Positions 44,792 to 54,365 of a DNA stretch of 64,000 nucleotides are shown here, in pieces. Each line of letters begins with the position of its first letter. Positions within the stretch are counted from its first letter, which is position 1. The position numbers and the translations under genes were made by a program. The DNA comes from an uncultured Candidatus Peribacteria bacterium (GTDB taxonomy: Bacteria > Patescibacteriota > Gracilibacteria > Peribacterales > Peribacteraceae). Under the pieces are notes generated by a model that had not been told where the DNA came from, searched no databases, and saw only the letters and a program-made list of their open reading frames with translations. The stretch covers positions 110,371 through 174,370 of the forward strand of contig CAYUZT010000003.1 of assembly GCA_964449445.1 (NCBI GenBank), written 5' to 3'.

Positions 44792-46038
44792 ACCATCAGG
44801 CGTTCAAGCGTGCTTGCGTGAGGATTTGCGAAGACCTCAAGTAATTCTGATGAACACAATTCTTGATCAGATATATCCTCTATCCCATAAGCTATTCCTG
44901 TTTCACTTCCCTTTCCAAAAGCACCTGCACCGGTATCGGGAATATCCCTGCGCAGCAGGATGACCTTCGAGAGAGAAGACCCGAGCGATTGCTCAGACTT
45001 TGTTATCGCATTCCACCCTTTCCATTCCCCGCCTCTGCGAATGATCGCGCGTTCCTTGTTCGCGTTGAAGACCGTCAGGTCCGAAAGAACGTTTGCAACG
45101 GAAGAATCTGGAACGCTGAAGTACTTCCATTGTTTCAGTGTGAGTGACGGAGCAACTCGCCTCGCCGCTTGCTCCACCGTTCGCTCTTCGTTATTGGTGA
45201 TGATGGTTTCAATAAAAATCTCTGCTTCTTTGGGTTTCCGAGAAGGTAGTTCAATTTTTTGAGAAGAAGTCGTCGGTCCCGTTGGTCCCCTCTGTCCCCT
45301 CGGTCCCCTCTCAATCCACTGCTTCATCGACGCAAAGTACGCATCTCCTCTGCCTTGAGCCCTCTCGGGATGCGGCATCAGCGCAATCACATTGCCCGCA
45401 GGATTACAGATGCCCGCAATCGCGAGCATGGAGCCGTTCGGTGTAATGAGAGGATCTTCACTGACGCTTCCGGCAGCGTCACAGTAGGAGAATGCGATCT
45501 GATCATTCTTCTTCAACTCCTGGATGAGGTCTCTGTCTCTCGTTGTGAACCTTCCCTCACCGTGGGCAATGGGAATCTGCATCACGCCATCCCAATGACT
45601 CGTCGCGCATCGGTCTTTTGTACAGGTACGGGTGATCCAGATCCATTCGCTGAGGAGCGGCAGCCCCTGGATTCCCTGCTGCGTCTTGATAGCGTTGCGC
45701 GCAAGGCTCATCTCCAGACCCTCTCCATAGGGAATCAATCCGCTTTCCACCAGCACCTGTGCGCCATTGCAGATCCCAATCACTACTTTACCTTCATCTG
45801 CTTCCACGCGGATGAAGTCCATCAACGGATCACGCGCTGCAACCATTCCGCTGCGACCACGATCTTCGTACGCAAACCCACCGGGGATAAAATACCCGTC
45901 AATGTCTGTGAGGAGCTTGCGGTCATCATTCCACCGGAAGAACACCGGTTCCATGCCATTCCTCCGTATGACGCGCATCGATTCGACCTCCCCGTTGTTT
46001 CCGGGAAAAGAGACGATGGCGATGCGGGGGGTGCGCAT
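44788..46038 (-). CDS. purQ: phosphoribosylformylglycinamidine synthase I (PurQ glutaminase) fused to a C-terminal PurS-like region
   Basis: [31 protein letters not shown]. After a [12 protein letters not shown] linker comes a tail of about 150 aa ending [17 protein letters not shown] (PurS-like). TACACT lies 6 nt upstream of the ATG. Confidence 0.75.
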   Translation of the reverse strand: MRTPRIAIVSFPGNNGEVESMRVIRRNGMEPVFFRWNDDRKLLTDIDGYFIPGGFAYEDRGRSGMVAARDPLMDFIRVEADEGKVVIGICNGAQVLVESGLIPYGEGLEMSLARNAIKTQQGIQGLPLLSEWIWITRTCTKDRCATSHWDGVMQIPIAHGEGRFTTRDRDLIQELKKNDQIAFSYCDAAGSVSEDPLITPNGSMLAIAGICNPAGNVIALMPHPERAQGRGDAYFASMKQWIERGPRGQRGPTGPTTSSQKIELPSRKPKEAEIFIETIITNNEERTVEQAARRVAPSLTLKQWKYFSVPDSSVANVLSDLTVFNANKERAIIRRGGEWKGWNAITKSEQSLGSSLSKVILLRRDIPDTGAGAFGKGSETGIAYGIEDISDQELCSSELLEVFANPHASTLERLMV

Positions 46039-46075
46039 GACCGAAGTGTAGCAGAAGGAATTATTGACCAAGAAA

Positions 46076-46202
46076 GGACTCCGAGGATTCCGAGGATTCC
46101 GAAGAGTCCGAGGACCAGTTGGCAATATTGTTATCTAGCGGGAAGAAGTTCGCGATTCTCGGTGTACATCTGGACCTTGGCATCCTCGGAATCTTTGGAA
46201 TC
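46076..46202. repeat. low-complexity hairpin element H9 (same family as H2/H3) between frr and purQ
   Basis: The 33-nt arms are complementary at 26 of 33 positions by my count. The 3' half of the loop, GCGATTCTCGGTGTACAT, matches H3. Confidence 0.75.
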
Positions 46203-46741
46203 TAAATTTTCATAACTTCTTCCTCCTTCTTCTTCGCCATCTCCGCAATCTTCCCATTGTAGTCATCGACGGCCTTCTGCAATTCCTGATTGAGCGTTTC
46301 CTTCACATCTTCAGCTTTCTCCGGCTTGATCGCATCATGGGCAACCTGGCGGTGCTTGCGAAGAGTCACACGCGCTTCTTCGGCAAGCTGATGGACCACC
46401 TTCTGGAGGTGCTTGCGCCGCTCTTCGGTCATGGAGGGGAGTGTGACGCGGATGACGACCCCGTCATTGACCGGCGATGCTCCGAGATCGGCTTGCGACA
46501 GGGCTTTTTCGACAGCAGCGAGGATCGAACGGTCCCACGGCGCTACGATGATCGACCGCTGATCAACGCTAATGCCGCAGAGCGACCGCAAATCCTGCTT
46601 CTGGCCGTAGGCATCCACCATGATGTGCTCCACGAGCGCGGCGTTCGCCCGCCCAGTCTGGAGCCTGCTGAATTCATTGCGGAGGCTCGCGAGGACTTTG
46701 TCGGCTTCCGCGTGAAATGTGGCAATGCGAGAATCGATCAT
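46202..46741 (-). CDS. frr: ribosome recycling factor
   Basis: LRNEFSRLQTGRANAALVEHIMVDAYG and LPSMTEERRK. Confidence 0.95.
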   Translation of the reverse strand: MIDSRIATFHAEADKVLASLRNEFSRLQTGRANAALVEHIMVDAYGQKQDLRSLCGISVDQRSIIVAPWDRSILAAVEKALSQADLGASPVNDGVVIRVTLPSMTEERRKHLQKVVHQLAEEARVTLRKHRQVAHDAIKPEKAEDVKETLNQELQKAVDDYNGKIAEMAKKKEEEVMKI

Positions 46742-47170
46742 AGGAATTAGGAGTTAGGAATTTAGGAAAGACTACGGATAAGACCATTCATCATTCTCAT
46801 TACTTCATCCAGCAAAGCATCTACCTTGATAAAATTCAAGGCACGACCGAACGGCAATTTTTTGACAATTATGACTTGTGTTTCGAGTTCTGAGCCCGAT
46901 CCAAATGCTATACGAACACATCGTCTGAATTCTTCTCTTGATGAATTTTTCCTACCTTCTGCAATATTGCTCGGAATTGAAACCACACAACTTCTCATTT
47001 GAGAAGTTAGACCGTATTGCTCAGATTGTGGGAACTTCTCGGTCAGTTCATAGACTGCATCTACAAGCTCCACTGCTTTTTGCCAGACAATAAGATCTTT
47101 ATAGGACTTAATAACCATAGGACGGATGATTCTACACCCGATTCCTAATTTCCTAATTCCTAGCATCCTA
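46742..47170. mobile_element. 429-bp cassette: four-helix-bundle gene bracketed by TAGGAAT-unit inverted arms, filling the whole pyrH-frr spacer
   Basis: Arm AGGAATTAGGAGTTAGGAATTTAGGAAAG (46742-46770) starts 1 nt after the frr start codon. Arm ATTCCTAATTTCCTAATTCCTAGCATCCTA (47141-47170) ends on the pyrH stop codon. Confidence 0.6.
46762..47118 (-). CDS. four-helix-bundle protein (23S rRNA intervening-sequence protein family)
   Basis: MVIKSYKDLIVWQKAVELVDAVYELTEKFPQSEQYGLTSQMRSCVVSIPSNIAEG...F.....A.GS..E..TQ. Start at the internal ATG. Confidence 0.8.
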   Translation of the reverse strand: MVIKSYKDLIVWQKAVELVDAVYELTEKFPQSEQYGLTSQMRSCVVSIPSNIAEGRKNSSREEFRRCVRIAFGSGSELETQVIIVKKLPFGRALNFIKVDALLDEVMRMMNGLIRSLS

Positions 47171-47869
47171 ATGGACGACTGTTCCAATCTTCTCGCCCTT
47201 CGCCGCTTTCAACAATGCTCCGGGTTTAAAGAAGTTGAACACGACGATCGGCAGCTTCTGATCCTGGCAGAGGCTGAATGCCGCCTGATCCATGATGTTT
47301 AAGTGCTGGGCCATGGCGTCCTGGTAGGTGATCTCGTCGTACTTTTTGGCGCTGCGGAAGCGCTTGGGATCCTTGTCGTACACGCCGTCCACGTTGGTCG
47401 CCTTCAGGAGAACATCGCATCCCAGTTCCAATGCCCGCAGTGCGGCGGCGGAATCGGTAGTGAAATAGGGGTTTCCCGTGCCTCCCGCGCAAATGACCAC
47501 TCTCCCCTTCTCCAGATGCCGCTGAGCTTTGCGCTTGATGAAGGGTTCCGCGAGCTGCGGGATATCGATCGCGGAGAGCACGCGTGTGTGGGTTCCGGCG
47601 TTTTCCAGCGCCGACTGGAGCGCGACGCTATTCATGATCGTCGCGAGCATGCCCATCGCGTCGCTCACGGTGCGCTCAATGCCGGAATCTTTCGTGTCGC
47701 GATAGCGCCAGATATTGCCTCCTCCCACGACGACGACCACCTGCGCGTGCGCGGCGACGGCCGTGATCTGTTTGGCGACGTGCGTTAAGGTCGGCCGGTC
47801 GATGCCGAAGTTATGCTTTCCGGAAAAAACTTCGCCCGAGAGCTTGAGCATGATGCGTTTGTACGGCAT
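47168..47869 (-). CDS. pyrH: UMP kinase
   Basis: YKRIMLKLSGEVF, VVVGGGNIWR, and GGTGNPYFTTDSAAALRA. Confidence 0.95.
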   Translation of the reverse strand: MPYKRIMLKLSGEVFSGKHNFGIDRPTLTHVAKQITAVAAHAQVVVVVGGGNIWRYRDTKDSGIERTVSDAMGMLATIMNSVALQSALENAGTHTRVLSAIDIPQLAEPFIKRKAQRHLEKGRVVICAGGTGNPYFTTDSAAALRALELGCDVLLKATNVDGVYDKDPKRFRSAKKYDEITYQDAMAQHLNIMDQAAFSLCQDQKLPIVVFNFFKPGALLKAAKGEKIGTVVH

Positions 47870-47873
47870 AAAG

Positions 47874-48425
47874 TTAGGGTTGGGGTGGAAGTGGAGGCTC
47901 CACGGGAGGAGGTGTTGGCTGTTGCTCGGGAACAGGCGCAGGTGAAGGCTCAGATGCAGAGGATGCCGGTTGTGAGGGGGGAGGGGTTGAAGACGGGTGT
48001 GACGACTTGAATGATTTCACCGCACCCCCGACCACATCGACGATCTGCTTCCACGCGTCACGGATGCTGATTTCCCCGCGCGAAAGAGGACCGATGATCG
48101 GTACATCTTTCTTCTGCCCCTGCGCGGCGTTAATGAACCCAAACACCATCAAGCAGAGAACGAGAAGCTCGAGGAGGCGATTGATGAATGGGATAAACCA
48201 GACGATCACGGAGAGGACGAACAGCACCATTGCCTGCTTGGCGTGGAAGCGGACGAAAGGCGACTTCTTGCGCAGGAAATACACGATCACGGACATGATC
48301 CACAGGTAACTGAACGCGGCGATGTCTTTGTTCTGTTCGATGTCGGCTGCGTCGGAATCGTTGCCGGATACCGCTGGCTGCGGCAGTGATGTTTGCGGTT
48401 CTGGAGGTACCTCCGGTAGAGCCAT
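47874..48425 (-). CDS. DUF4870-like membrane protein with Pro-rich tail
   Basis: AAFSYLWIMSVIVYFLRKKSPFVRFHAKQAMVLFVL. TATACT lies 7 nt upstream of the ATG. Confidence 0.55.
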   Translation of the reverse strand: MALPEVPPEPQTSLPQPAVSGNDSDAADIEQNKDIAAFSYLWIMSVIVYFLRKKSPFVRFHAKQAMVLFVLSVIVWFIPFINRLLELLVLCLMVFGFINAAQGQKKDVPIIGPLSRGEISIRDAWKQIVDVVGGAVKSFKSSHPSSTPPPSQPASSASEPSPAPVPEQQPTPPPVEPPLPPQP

Positions 48426-48455
48426 CTGGAGCAGTATACTGAATAAACTCAGTAT

Positions 48456-48531
48456 TGGTACCCCCGGCAGGAATTGAACCTGCGGCCAATAGGTTAGAAA
48501 CCTACTGCTCTATCCGCTGAGCTACGGGGGC
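48456..48531 (-). tRNA. tRNA-Arg (anticodon TCT), CCA encoded
   Basis: The reverse complement is GCCCCCGTAGCTCAGCGGATAGAGCAGTAGGTTTCTAACCTATTGGCCGCAGGTTCAATTCCTGCCGGGGGTACCA. Confidence 0.9.
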
Positions 48532-48611
48532 ACGCCAGTAGTGTAGAACGAACAAGGTGACGCGGAAACTGCGGTAGAGTACACTCCACCATTGATCTTC
48601 CCAATCTTCCT

Positions 48612-49013
48612 ATGATGATGCTGTACCAACTGATGCCCTGGAGCGTTCTTGCTCTCCGCCTCGCACTCGGCGCTATCTTCCTCGTGCACGGTTCGCCCAA
48701 GATGAAGAACAGCCAGGCGATGGCCGGAGGCATGGGCATGTCGGCCAGCAAAGTGTGGCTGATCGGCCTTATTGAAACGCTCGCGGCCATCTCGATGATC
48801 GCGGGGCTCTTCACGCATATCGGGGCGATCGCGATCATGGTCATCATGATCGGCGCGCTCTACTACAAGATCGAGAAATGGCACGTGCCATTCACCGCCA
48901 TGGACAAGACGGGATGGGAATTCGATCTCATCATCCTGGCTGCGGCGTTCGCCATGGCCACCATCGGCGCGGGAACATTGAGCGTCGACTGGCTGATCCT
49001 CGGCATGTACTGA
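48612..49013 (+). CDS. DoxX family membrane protein
   Basis: LRLALGAIFLVHGSPK and four TM helices. Confidence 0.75.
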   Translation: MMMLYQLMPWSVLALRLALGAIFLVHGSPKMKNSQAMAGGMGMSASKVWLIGLIETLAAISMIAGLFTHIGAIAIMVIMIGALYYKIEKWHVPFTAMDKTGWEFDLIILAAAFAMATIGAGTLSVDWLILGMY

Positions 49014-49035
49014 CGCGGCAGTGTAGACTGATTCC

Positions 49036-49662
49036 ATGTGGCTCCTGCAGTGGATACCTGTCTCGTATCAGCCAATAGCAGTCTTCCTCGTTCAGATAGG
49101 ACTGCTGAGCTTTGCCTACTGGATCGTGTCGCTGGTCGTCTTCTCCCCGCTCGATAGCCTCGGCGCAAAATTTCGCATTCCTATTGGCACAATCCTGCGC
49201 ATCACGCTCGGCCATTACCTTCTCGTGAGTATTGCCATTCTCTTCGTGACGAAAGCGACACCGCAGCTTGGTCTGACCGCGGCAGTGATAGGAGGAGCAG
49301 TGCTCTGGATCACCATGGTTTCTGACCTGTACGAAGATACGGTGAGCGTTGTGCTGCGAACGCTCACGTCCAAACTCCTCTTCATCGTGCGTTTTGCTCT
49401 GATCGTCGGGTGGTTCACGCTCTACATTCTCTCGCTGCAGGGATCGGCGACTATTCTGCTCGACGTGACCGACGACCTTGCCGATCTGCTGCTCCAGGCA
49501 CTCACGCTCCCCTACTCCATCGGCATTGTCATTGGGATGCTCTGCGCTTATTCGCTCTTCCGTTCGCTCTGGAAAGCGGTGTTCGCCACGTTCGGACTTC
49601 TTGGCCTGCTCAAAGACCTGTTCGCACCAGGGCCTGTGCTTTCGAGAACCTCCCTCACGTGA
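49036..49662 (+). CDS. hypothetical polytopic membrane protein
   Basis: Five or six hydrophobic helices. No recognisable motif. Confidence 0.4.
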   Translation: MWLLQWIPVSYQPIAVFLVQIGLLSFAYWIVSLVVFSPLDSLGAKFRIPIGTILRITLGHYLLVSIAILFVTKATPQLGLTAAVIGGAVLWITMVSDLYEDTVSVVLRTLTSKLLFIVRFALIVGWFTLYILSLQGSATILLDVTDDLADLLLQALTLPYSIGIVIGMLCAYSLFRSLWKAVFATFGLLGLLKDLFAPGPVLSRTSLT

Positions 49663-49674
49663 GAAACTACTCGT

Positions 49675-51360
49675 ATGAAGTCTCGAAGAGTGCTCCCGAA
49701 GCGAAGCATCCTCATTCTGCTTCTTGCGGCTACGGCACTGCTGACGTACGCACAGTCCCTGAAGAATGACTTCGTGATTTGGGACGACGATTCCCTCGTC
49801 TACCAAAATCCTCTGACGCAGGAGATGACGTTCAAGACAATTGCGGGTGCTTTCAGTTCCTATGATCCAGAGCTCTACGTGCCGCTGACCATCATCAGTT
49901 TCCAACTCGAGCACGCGATCTTTGGATTTGCGCCGTTCTTTTTTCACTTCGATAACGTCCTGCTGCACATTATCGCATGCTCTCTTGTATTTCTCTTCCT
50001 CGAAAAATTGGGCCTGCGACGGACTACGGCCTTCGTCGCCGCGCTCGTCTTTGCCGTGCATCCGATCAATACCGAAGCGGTCGCGTGGGTGAGCGCGCGA
50101 AAAGATCTCCTCTGCGCGGTCTTCTCGCTTAGTGCACTGCTCACGTACATGCGATACCGCAGGCAAGGAAACAATTCCTATTTGTGGATGACGTTCGGCT
50201 TCTTGAGTCTCGCTCTCCTTTCGAAACCACTCGCGATCGTCCTGCCGTTCATTTTCATCCTGCTAGATTGGAAAGAATCCGGGCGCGTGCGAAAGAGTGA
50301 CGTGGTGCGAAAAATTCCATTCTTCCTCTTGAGCGTGCTTTTCCTCGCGATCGGTCTGTACGGAAAAACCCGCAATATCTCTGCGCTCAGTGCAGTGGAG
50401 ACTCTTCTGCTCGCGATGAAGAGCACGGCGTTCGCACTGCAGAAGTACCTGTGGCCGGATGCACTCTCTCCACTCTATCTCCAGACGGATCCCATCAGCA
50501 TCATTCTTCCACAATTCTTCATCACTCTTGTGATCATCATCGGGCTGACCGGCCTTGCGTTGTGGTCTCTCCGAAAAACGAAGGTATTTGCTTTTTCTGG
50601 ACTCTTCTTCCTCCTGTTTCTCCTGCCGTCCTTCTCCAACTTCGCCAAAGAGAATTCCGTGTATTTTTTCTCGGACCGCTACGTCTATCTCTCACAGATT
50701 GGCATCCTCTTCCTCGCGGGATACGTGCTCGATCGCTTCCTGGAACGTGACCGGTTCCCACGGACACCGCTGAGCATGGGAGTACTCCTGGGCATCACCT
50801 GGATCGGAACGCTTGCCTTCACTGCACATGCGCAAAGCCTGCTCTGGAAAGACAGCGAAACGCTCTACCGCGATGCACTTACCAAAAATGACCGAAGCGT
50901 CGTGATGCACTATAACCTCGCAGTCCTTGAGCATCGACGGGGAAACAGACCCGAAGCGCTCGCGGAGTATCAAAAGACCCTCGCGCTTGATCCTCAGTAT
51001 GCAAAAGCGCTCAGCAACATCGGCGTCTGGTACAAGGAAAACGGCGATAGTCCCAAGGCAATGGAGTACTTCCGACGTGCAGCGCAAAGTGATCCAACCT
51101 CTCCCGAACCCTACAACAACATCGGCAGTGTGCTGATGGATCAAGGCGACATCGACGGAGCGATTGCAGAATTTCGCAAGGCTGTCGCTACACGCGAGCG
51201 TTTCGCACAGGCCCACATCAATCTGGCGGCGGCACTGGGACGCAAGGGTCTGTACGAAGAAGGACTCCGCGAATACAAGCGGGCGTTCGAGCTGGCACCG
51301 CAACTCCTCGACGGGCTTCCGGAGATCAAGCGGGCGCTGGAAAATTTACCTGTCCCCTAA
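49675..51360 (+). CDS. membrane glycosyltransferase-like protein (PMT/TMTC-like N-terminal domain) with C-terminal TPR repeats
   Basis: Polytopic N-terminal region of about 380 aa with a WDD motif (DFVIWDDDSLV). At least four TPR units (YNLAVLEHRRGNRPEALAEYQKTLALDP..). Confidence 0.6.
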   Translation: MKSRRVLPKRSILILLLAATALLTYAQSLKNDFVIWDDDSLVYQNPLTQEMTFKTIAGAFSSYDPELYVPLTIISFQLEHAIFGFAPFFFHFDNVLLHIIACSLVFLFLEKLGLRRTTAFVAALVFAVHPINTEAVAWVSARKDLLCAVFSLSALLTYMRYRRQGNNSYLWMTFGFLSLALLSKPLAIVLPFIFILLDWKESGRVRKSDVVRKIPFFLLSVLFLAIGLYGKTRNISALSAVETLLLAMKSTAFALQKYLWPDALSPLYLQTDPISIILPQFFITLVIIIGLTGLALWSLRKTKVFAFSGLFFLLFLLPSFSNFAKENSVYFFSDRYVYLSQIGILFLAGYVLDRFLERDRFPRTPLSMGVLLGITWIGTLAFTAHAQSLLWKDSETLYRDALTKNDRSVVMHYNLAVLEHRRGNRPEALAEYQKTLALDPQYAKALSNIGVWYKENGDSPKAMEYFRRAAQSDPTSPEPYNNIGSVLMDQGDIDGAIAEFRKAVATRERFAQAHINLAAALGRKGLYEEGLREYKRAFELAPQLLDGLPEIKRALENLPVP

Positions 51361-51387
51361 CCCCTCTCCGCACAATGCGGAGAGGGG
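51361..51387 (+). terminator. perfect 12-bp hairpin immediately after the stop codon (no T run)
   Basis: CCCCTCTCCGCA-caa-TGCGGAGAGGGG. Confidence 0.45.
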
Positions 51388-51454
51388 GATCCTTCGTCAG
51401 GCTCAGGACAGGTGTGTGTTGTTTTGTTTGATTGAAAAGTGTAATTTCGCTCCA

Positions 51455-52882
51455 ATGATGAGACTCACGAAGATCATCTGCACGCTTGGACCGACGGCAA
51501 AAACGCCCCAGCAGATAGCAGCACTCGCGCGCGCCGGCATGAACATCGCGCGCATCAACCTGGCCCATGGCACGTGGGATGAACACCGCAAGGTAATCCG
51601 CATTGTCAAAGCGCTCAATCGGACGCTGATGCGGAAAGGAAAACTCCCGTCCTGCGTCGCGATCCTCCTGGATACCAAAGGCGCCGAAGTGCGCACGAGC
51701 ATCGTCAAAGAGCCTCTCAAAATCCGCAAAGGCGAGCGTGTCGTTTTTTCGCCCAAAGCGCTGCCGAAGGAACGGATGCAAGTCGTCATCGTCAACCACA
51801 AAGGGTTCAGCAAGGACGCGCGTGCCGCCGATCAAATTCTGCTCGATAACGGCAAGATGACCTTCGAGTTCCTGTCCGCGCGCAAGGACGGCTCCATTGT
51901 CGCGCGGGCTCTCCAGAAAGGAACAATCGGATCGAGGCGGCACGTGAACCTGCCGGGGGCGAACCTCGATATGCCCTCGATCACCAAGGAAGACTGGCAG
52001 AGCATCGCGCATGCCGCCGACGAAGGCGTGGATTGTGTGGGGCTCTCGTTCATCCGCAAGGCATCCGAGGTCGAGGAGGTGCGGGCATTTCTGAAGAAAC
52101 GAGGCAAGAATGTCGGGCTTATTTCGAAGATTGAGACACGGCAGGGTGTCAAAAATCTTCAGGAAATCATTGATGTCTCCGATGCCATGATGGTCGCGCG
52201 CGGAGATCTGGGTGCCGAAATTCCCTTCGAGCAGCTGCCCGTCGTCCAGGACACGATGGTACGGCTTTCCCGGAAGGCAGGCAAACCCGTGATCGTTGCC
52301 ACCCACATGCTCGAAAGCATGATCGAGAATCCCATTCCGACGCGCGCGGAAGTGACCGATATCGCCCACGCCGCGATGACCTCGACCGATATGACCATGC
52401 TCTCGGGGGAAACGGCGAGCGGCGCGCATCCCCTGCTCGCGCTCGACGCGATGTCGCGGGTGCTGCGGGAAACCGAGAATCATCTTGGCGCATCGCGACG
52501 GATGATTCCCGAAGAGATCCGCAATGAACGAGACGCGCAGGCGGAGTCCGCTGTCTTCCTGGCACTCTCGTCGGGAGCGTCTGCCATCGTCGTGATGAGC
52601 AGGACGGGCCAGTTCGCGCGCGAGATCGCACGGTTTCGCCCCCATCTTCCCGTGATCGCCTTTACGCCCGATGCAACGGTGCAGCGCGCGCTGCAGCTTT
52701 CCTTTGGCGTGATTCCGCTCGTCACGCGCTTCAGCGCAGATCCGGAAAAGACCGTTGTCGAGGCCGTCGCGCAGGCGAAGAAGGCAGGATTATTGAAAAA
52801 GGGAGACCAGTTTGTCCTGGTGTCCGATACGAAAGCGCACACTGAGAGCATAAGTAGCATCCAGGTGAGAGTGGTTTCTTGA
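51455..52882 (+). CDS. pyk: pyruvate kinase
   Basis: TKIICTLGPT, MNIARINLAHG, MVARGDLG, ATHMLESM. Confidence 0.9.
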   Translation: MMRLTKIICTLGPTAKTPQQIAALARAGMNIARINLAHGTWDEHRKVIRIVKALNRTLMRKGKLPSCVAILLDTKGAEVRTSIVKEPLKIRKGERVVFSPKALPKERMQVVIVNHKGFSKDARAADQILLDNGKMTFEFLSARKDGSIVARALQKGTIGSRRHVNLPGANLDMPSITKEDWQSIAHAADEGVDCVGLSFIRKASEVEEVRAFLKKRGKNVGLISKIETRQGVKNLQEIIDVSDAMMVARGDLGAEIPFEQLPVVQDTMVRLSRKAGKPVIVATHMLESMIENPIPTRAEVTDIAHAAMTSTDMTMLSGETASGAHPLLALDAMSRVLRETENHLGASRRMIPEEIRNERDAQAESAVFLALSSGASAIVVMSRTGQFAREIARFRPHLPVIAFTPDATVQRALQLSFGVIPLVTRFSADPEKTVVEAVAQAKKAGLLKKGDQFVLVSDTKAHTESISSIQVRVVS

Positions 52883-52891
52883 TCGAAGAGA

Positions 52892-53245
52892 TCATTTCCT
52901 CACAACTGCAACAACGGGGTCATGCTGCGTGTACTTGAGTTTCGCCGCCGGGACCATCGCGGCGATCACGGGATCCTGCTGGAGGTGCTCAAGCGCCTGG
53001 GCCTCCGCTTTCTGCATGTTCAACACTTCCTGCTGGAGGAGGAGAATAGATCGCTGATTTTCCAGTTTGCGGAGGTTATATCCCTTGGTGGCGTTCGCGT
53101 TCTCATGAAAGAGAATGAGCAGCGCGAGCCCCAGAATAAGCGTCCCAATGCACACCATGAGCAATGCCGTACTCTGCGAAACAAGCCGCCCCAGGGAGGC
53201 GCGGCGCGGCATATCGGATGATGAGAAGAACGGGAGCGTGAACAT
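52892..53245 (-). CDS. FtsL-like cell-division membrane protein
   Basis: Single TM helix followed by a coiled coil. Lies immediately downstream of rsmH, as in dcw clusters. Confidence 0.45.
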   Translation of the reverse strand: MFTLPFFSSSDMPRRASLGRLVSQSTALLMVCIGTLILGLALLILFHENANATKGYNLRKLENQRSILLLQQEVLNMQKAEAQALEHLQQDPVIAAMVPAAKLKYTQHDPVVAVVRK

Positions 53246-53263
53246 GAGGACGGGGACGAATGC

Positions 53264-54178
53264 TCAGATGTTGAGTATGGCACGAAATCTCGCGCTTCGC
53301 GAGCGGGGATTGCGCCTAATTTCTTCTGGAGAGGGCTTCTTGGCCTTTGGCGTCAGCAGTTTCCAGGGGGCGCTGACGGCAATTTGCCCTGTCCGTGGAT
53401 CGAGTTCCGGGGTTGTCAGGGAACGGAACGTTTGCTTTACCAGACGGTCTTCCAGGGAATGATAACTGATGATTCCGACGCGTCCGCCGTGTGTAAGGAC
53501 GTCAGGGAGAATGCTGAGGAGCGATTTGAGCGCACCCAGCTCATCGTTCACGACAATGCGCAGCGCCTGGAAGATTTGTGGCAGAACATGCGGGGCGCGG
53601 TAGCGGAAGACGGCCTCGACACACTCAACCACATCGTCGGTTTTCCACTCCGACAGGGAACGTGACGCAGAGTGGAAGTGGCGACGGAGTTCCTGCGCGA
53701 GAATCCTGCTGCGCGGAATCTCGGCGAATTCCTTCAGGACCTCCGCGATCCGATCTTCCGACGAAGAGAGCAGGAACTCAGCCGCGGTCTGTCCGGAACT
53801 CCGGTCGTAGCGCAGGTCGAGCGGCGCGGAAGCACGGAACGAAAATCCCCTCTCTGGATCATCCAGGTGCGGCGAGCTGAGGCCGAGATCGGCGAAGAGA
53901 ATGTTCACCTGCATCGGTAGCAGTGTATGAAGGTCACCGAAGTTCATTCGGTGAAGGGTCACACGTTCTCCGTATGGAGCAAGTCGCTTCCGTGCTGCCT
54001 CCAGATTGATCTCGTCGGCATCCAGGCCGATCAGCTGACCATCGGGATTCACCGCAGCAAGGAACGCCGCTGCATGACCACCCAGACCCAGCGTTGCATC
54101 GAGGACACTCTCACCGGGTGTTGGGACGAGGGTCTGAAGGACGTCGGTTTCAAGGACCGGAACATGTCTGTCTTGCAT
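53264..54178 (-). CDS. rsmH: 16S rRNA (cytosine1402-N4)-methyltransferase
   Basis: HVPVL, DATLGLGGHA, DLGLSS, ISYHSLEDR. The ATG is preceded by TAAAAT and 6 nt. Confidence 0.9.
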   Translation of the reverse strand: MQDRHVPVLETDVLQTLVPTPGESVLDATLGLGGHAAAFLAAVNPDGQLIGLDADEINLEAARKRLAPYGERVTLHRMNFGDLHTLLPMQVNILFADLGLSSPHLDDPERGFSFRASAPLDLRYDRSSGQTAAEFLLSSSEDRIAEVLKEFAEIPRSRILAQELRRHFHSASRSLSEWKTDDVVECVEAVFRYRAPHVLPQIFQALRIVVNDELGALKSLLSILPDVLTHGGRVGIISYHSLEDRLVKQTFRSLTTPELDPRTGQIAVSAPWKLLTPKAKKPSPEEIRRNPRSRSARFRAILNI

Positions 54179-54365
54179 TCGCAAATTTTACGCACGGACA
54201 GCGAAACGGCAACGGTTTTGCCTTGCTGATTCATGAGGATGTTTCTTGTATACAAAAAATATTCAATGTGCCATTTTCTATTGACACCAAAATGGTGATT
54301 TGAACCTTATTTAAGCCATTTTATGGCATATTGCTTTCTTAAAAATATCTATTATTATATACATC

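Noticed and set aside
46742-47170. The four-helix-bundle cassette as evidence of a nearby 23S rRNA gene
   Set aside because: The flanks are pyrH and frr coding sequence. I saw no rRNA-like sequence anywhere in the window.
51326-52645. 439-aa minus-strand ORF opposite pyruvate kinase; similar long antisense ORFs at 48931-50166, 45259-46215, 55962-56819, 57174-58163, 40567-41400, 38783-39553, 24062-25006 and 42786-43421
   Set aside because: Each one mirrors a gene with strong family signatures. All are Arg/His/Asp-rich and lack domains, so they are judged compositional artefacts.
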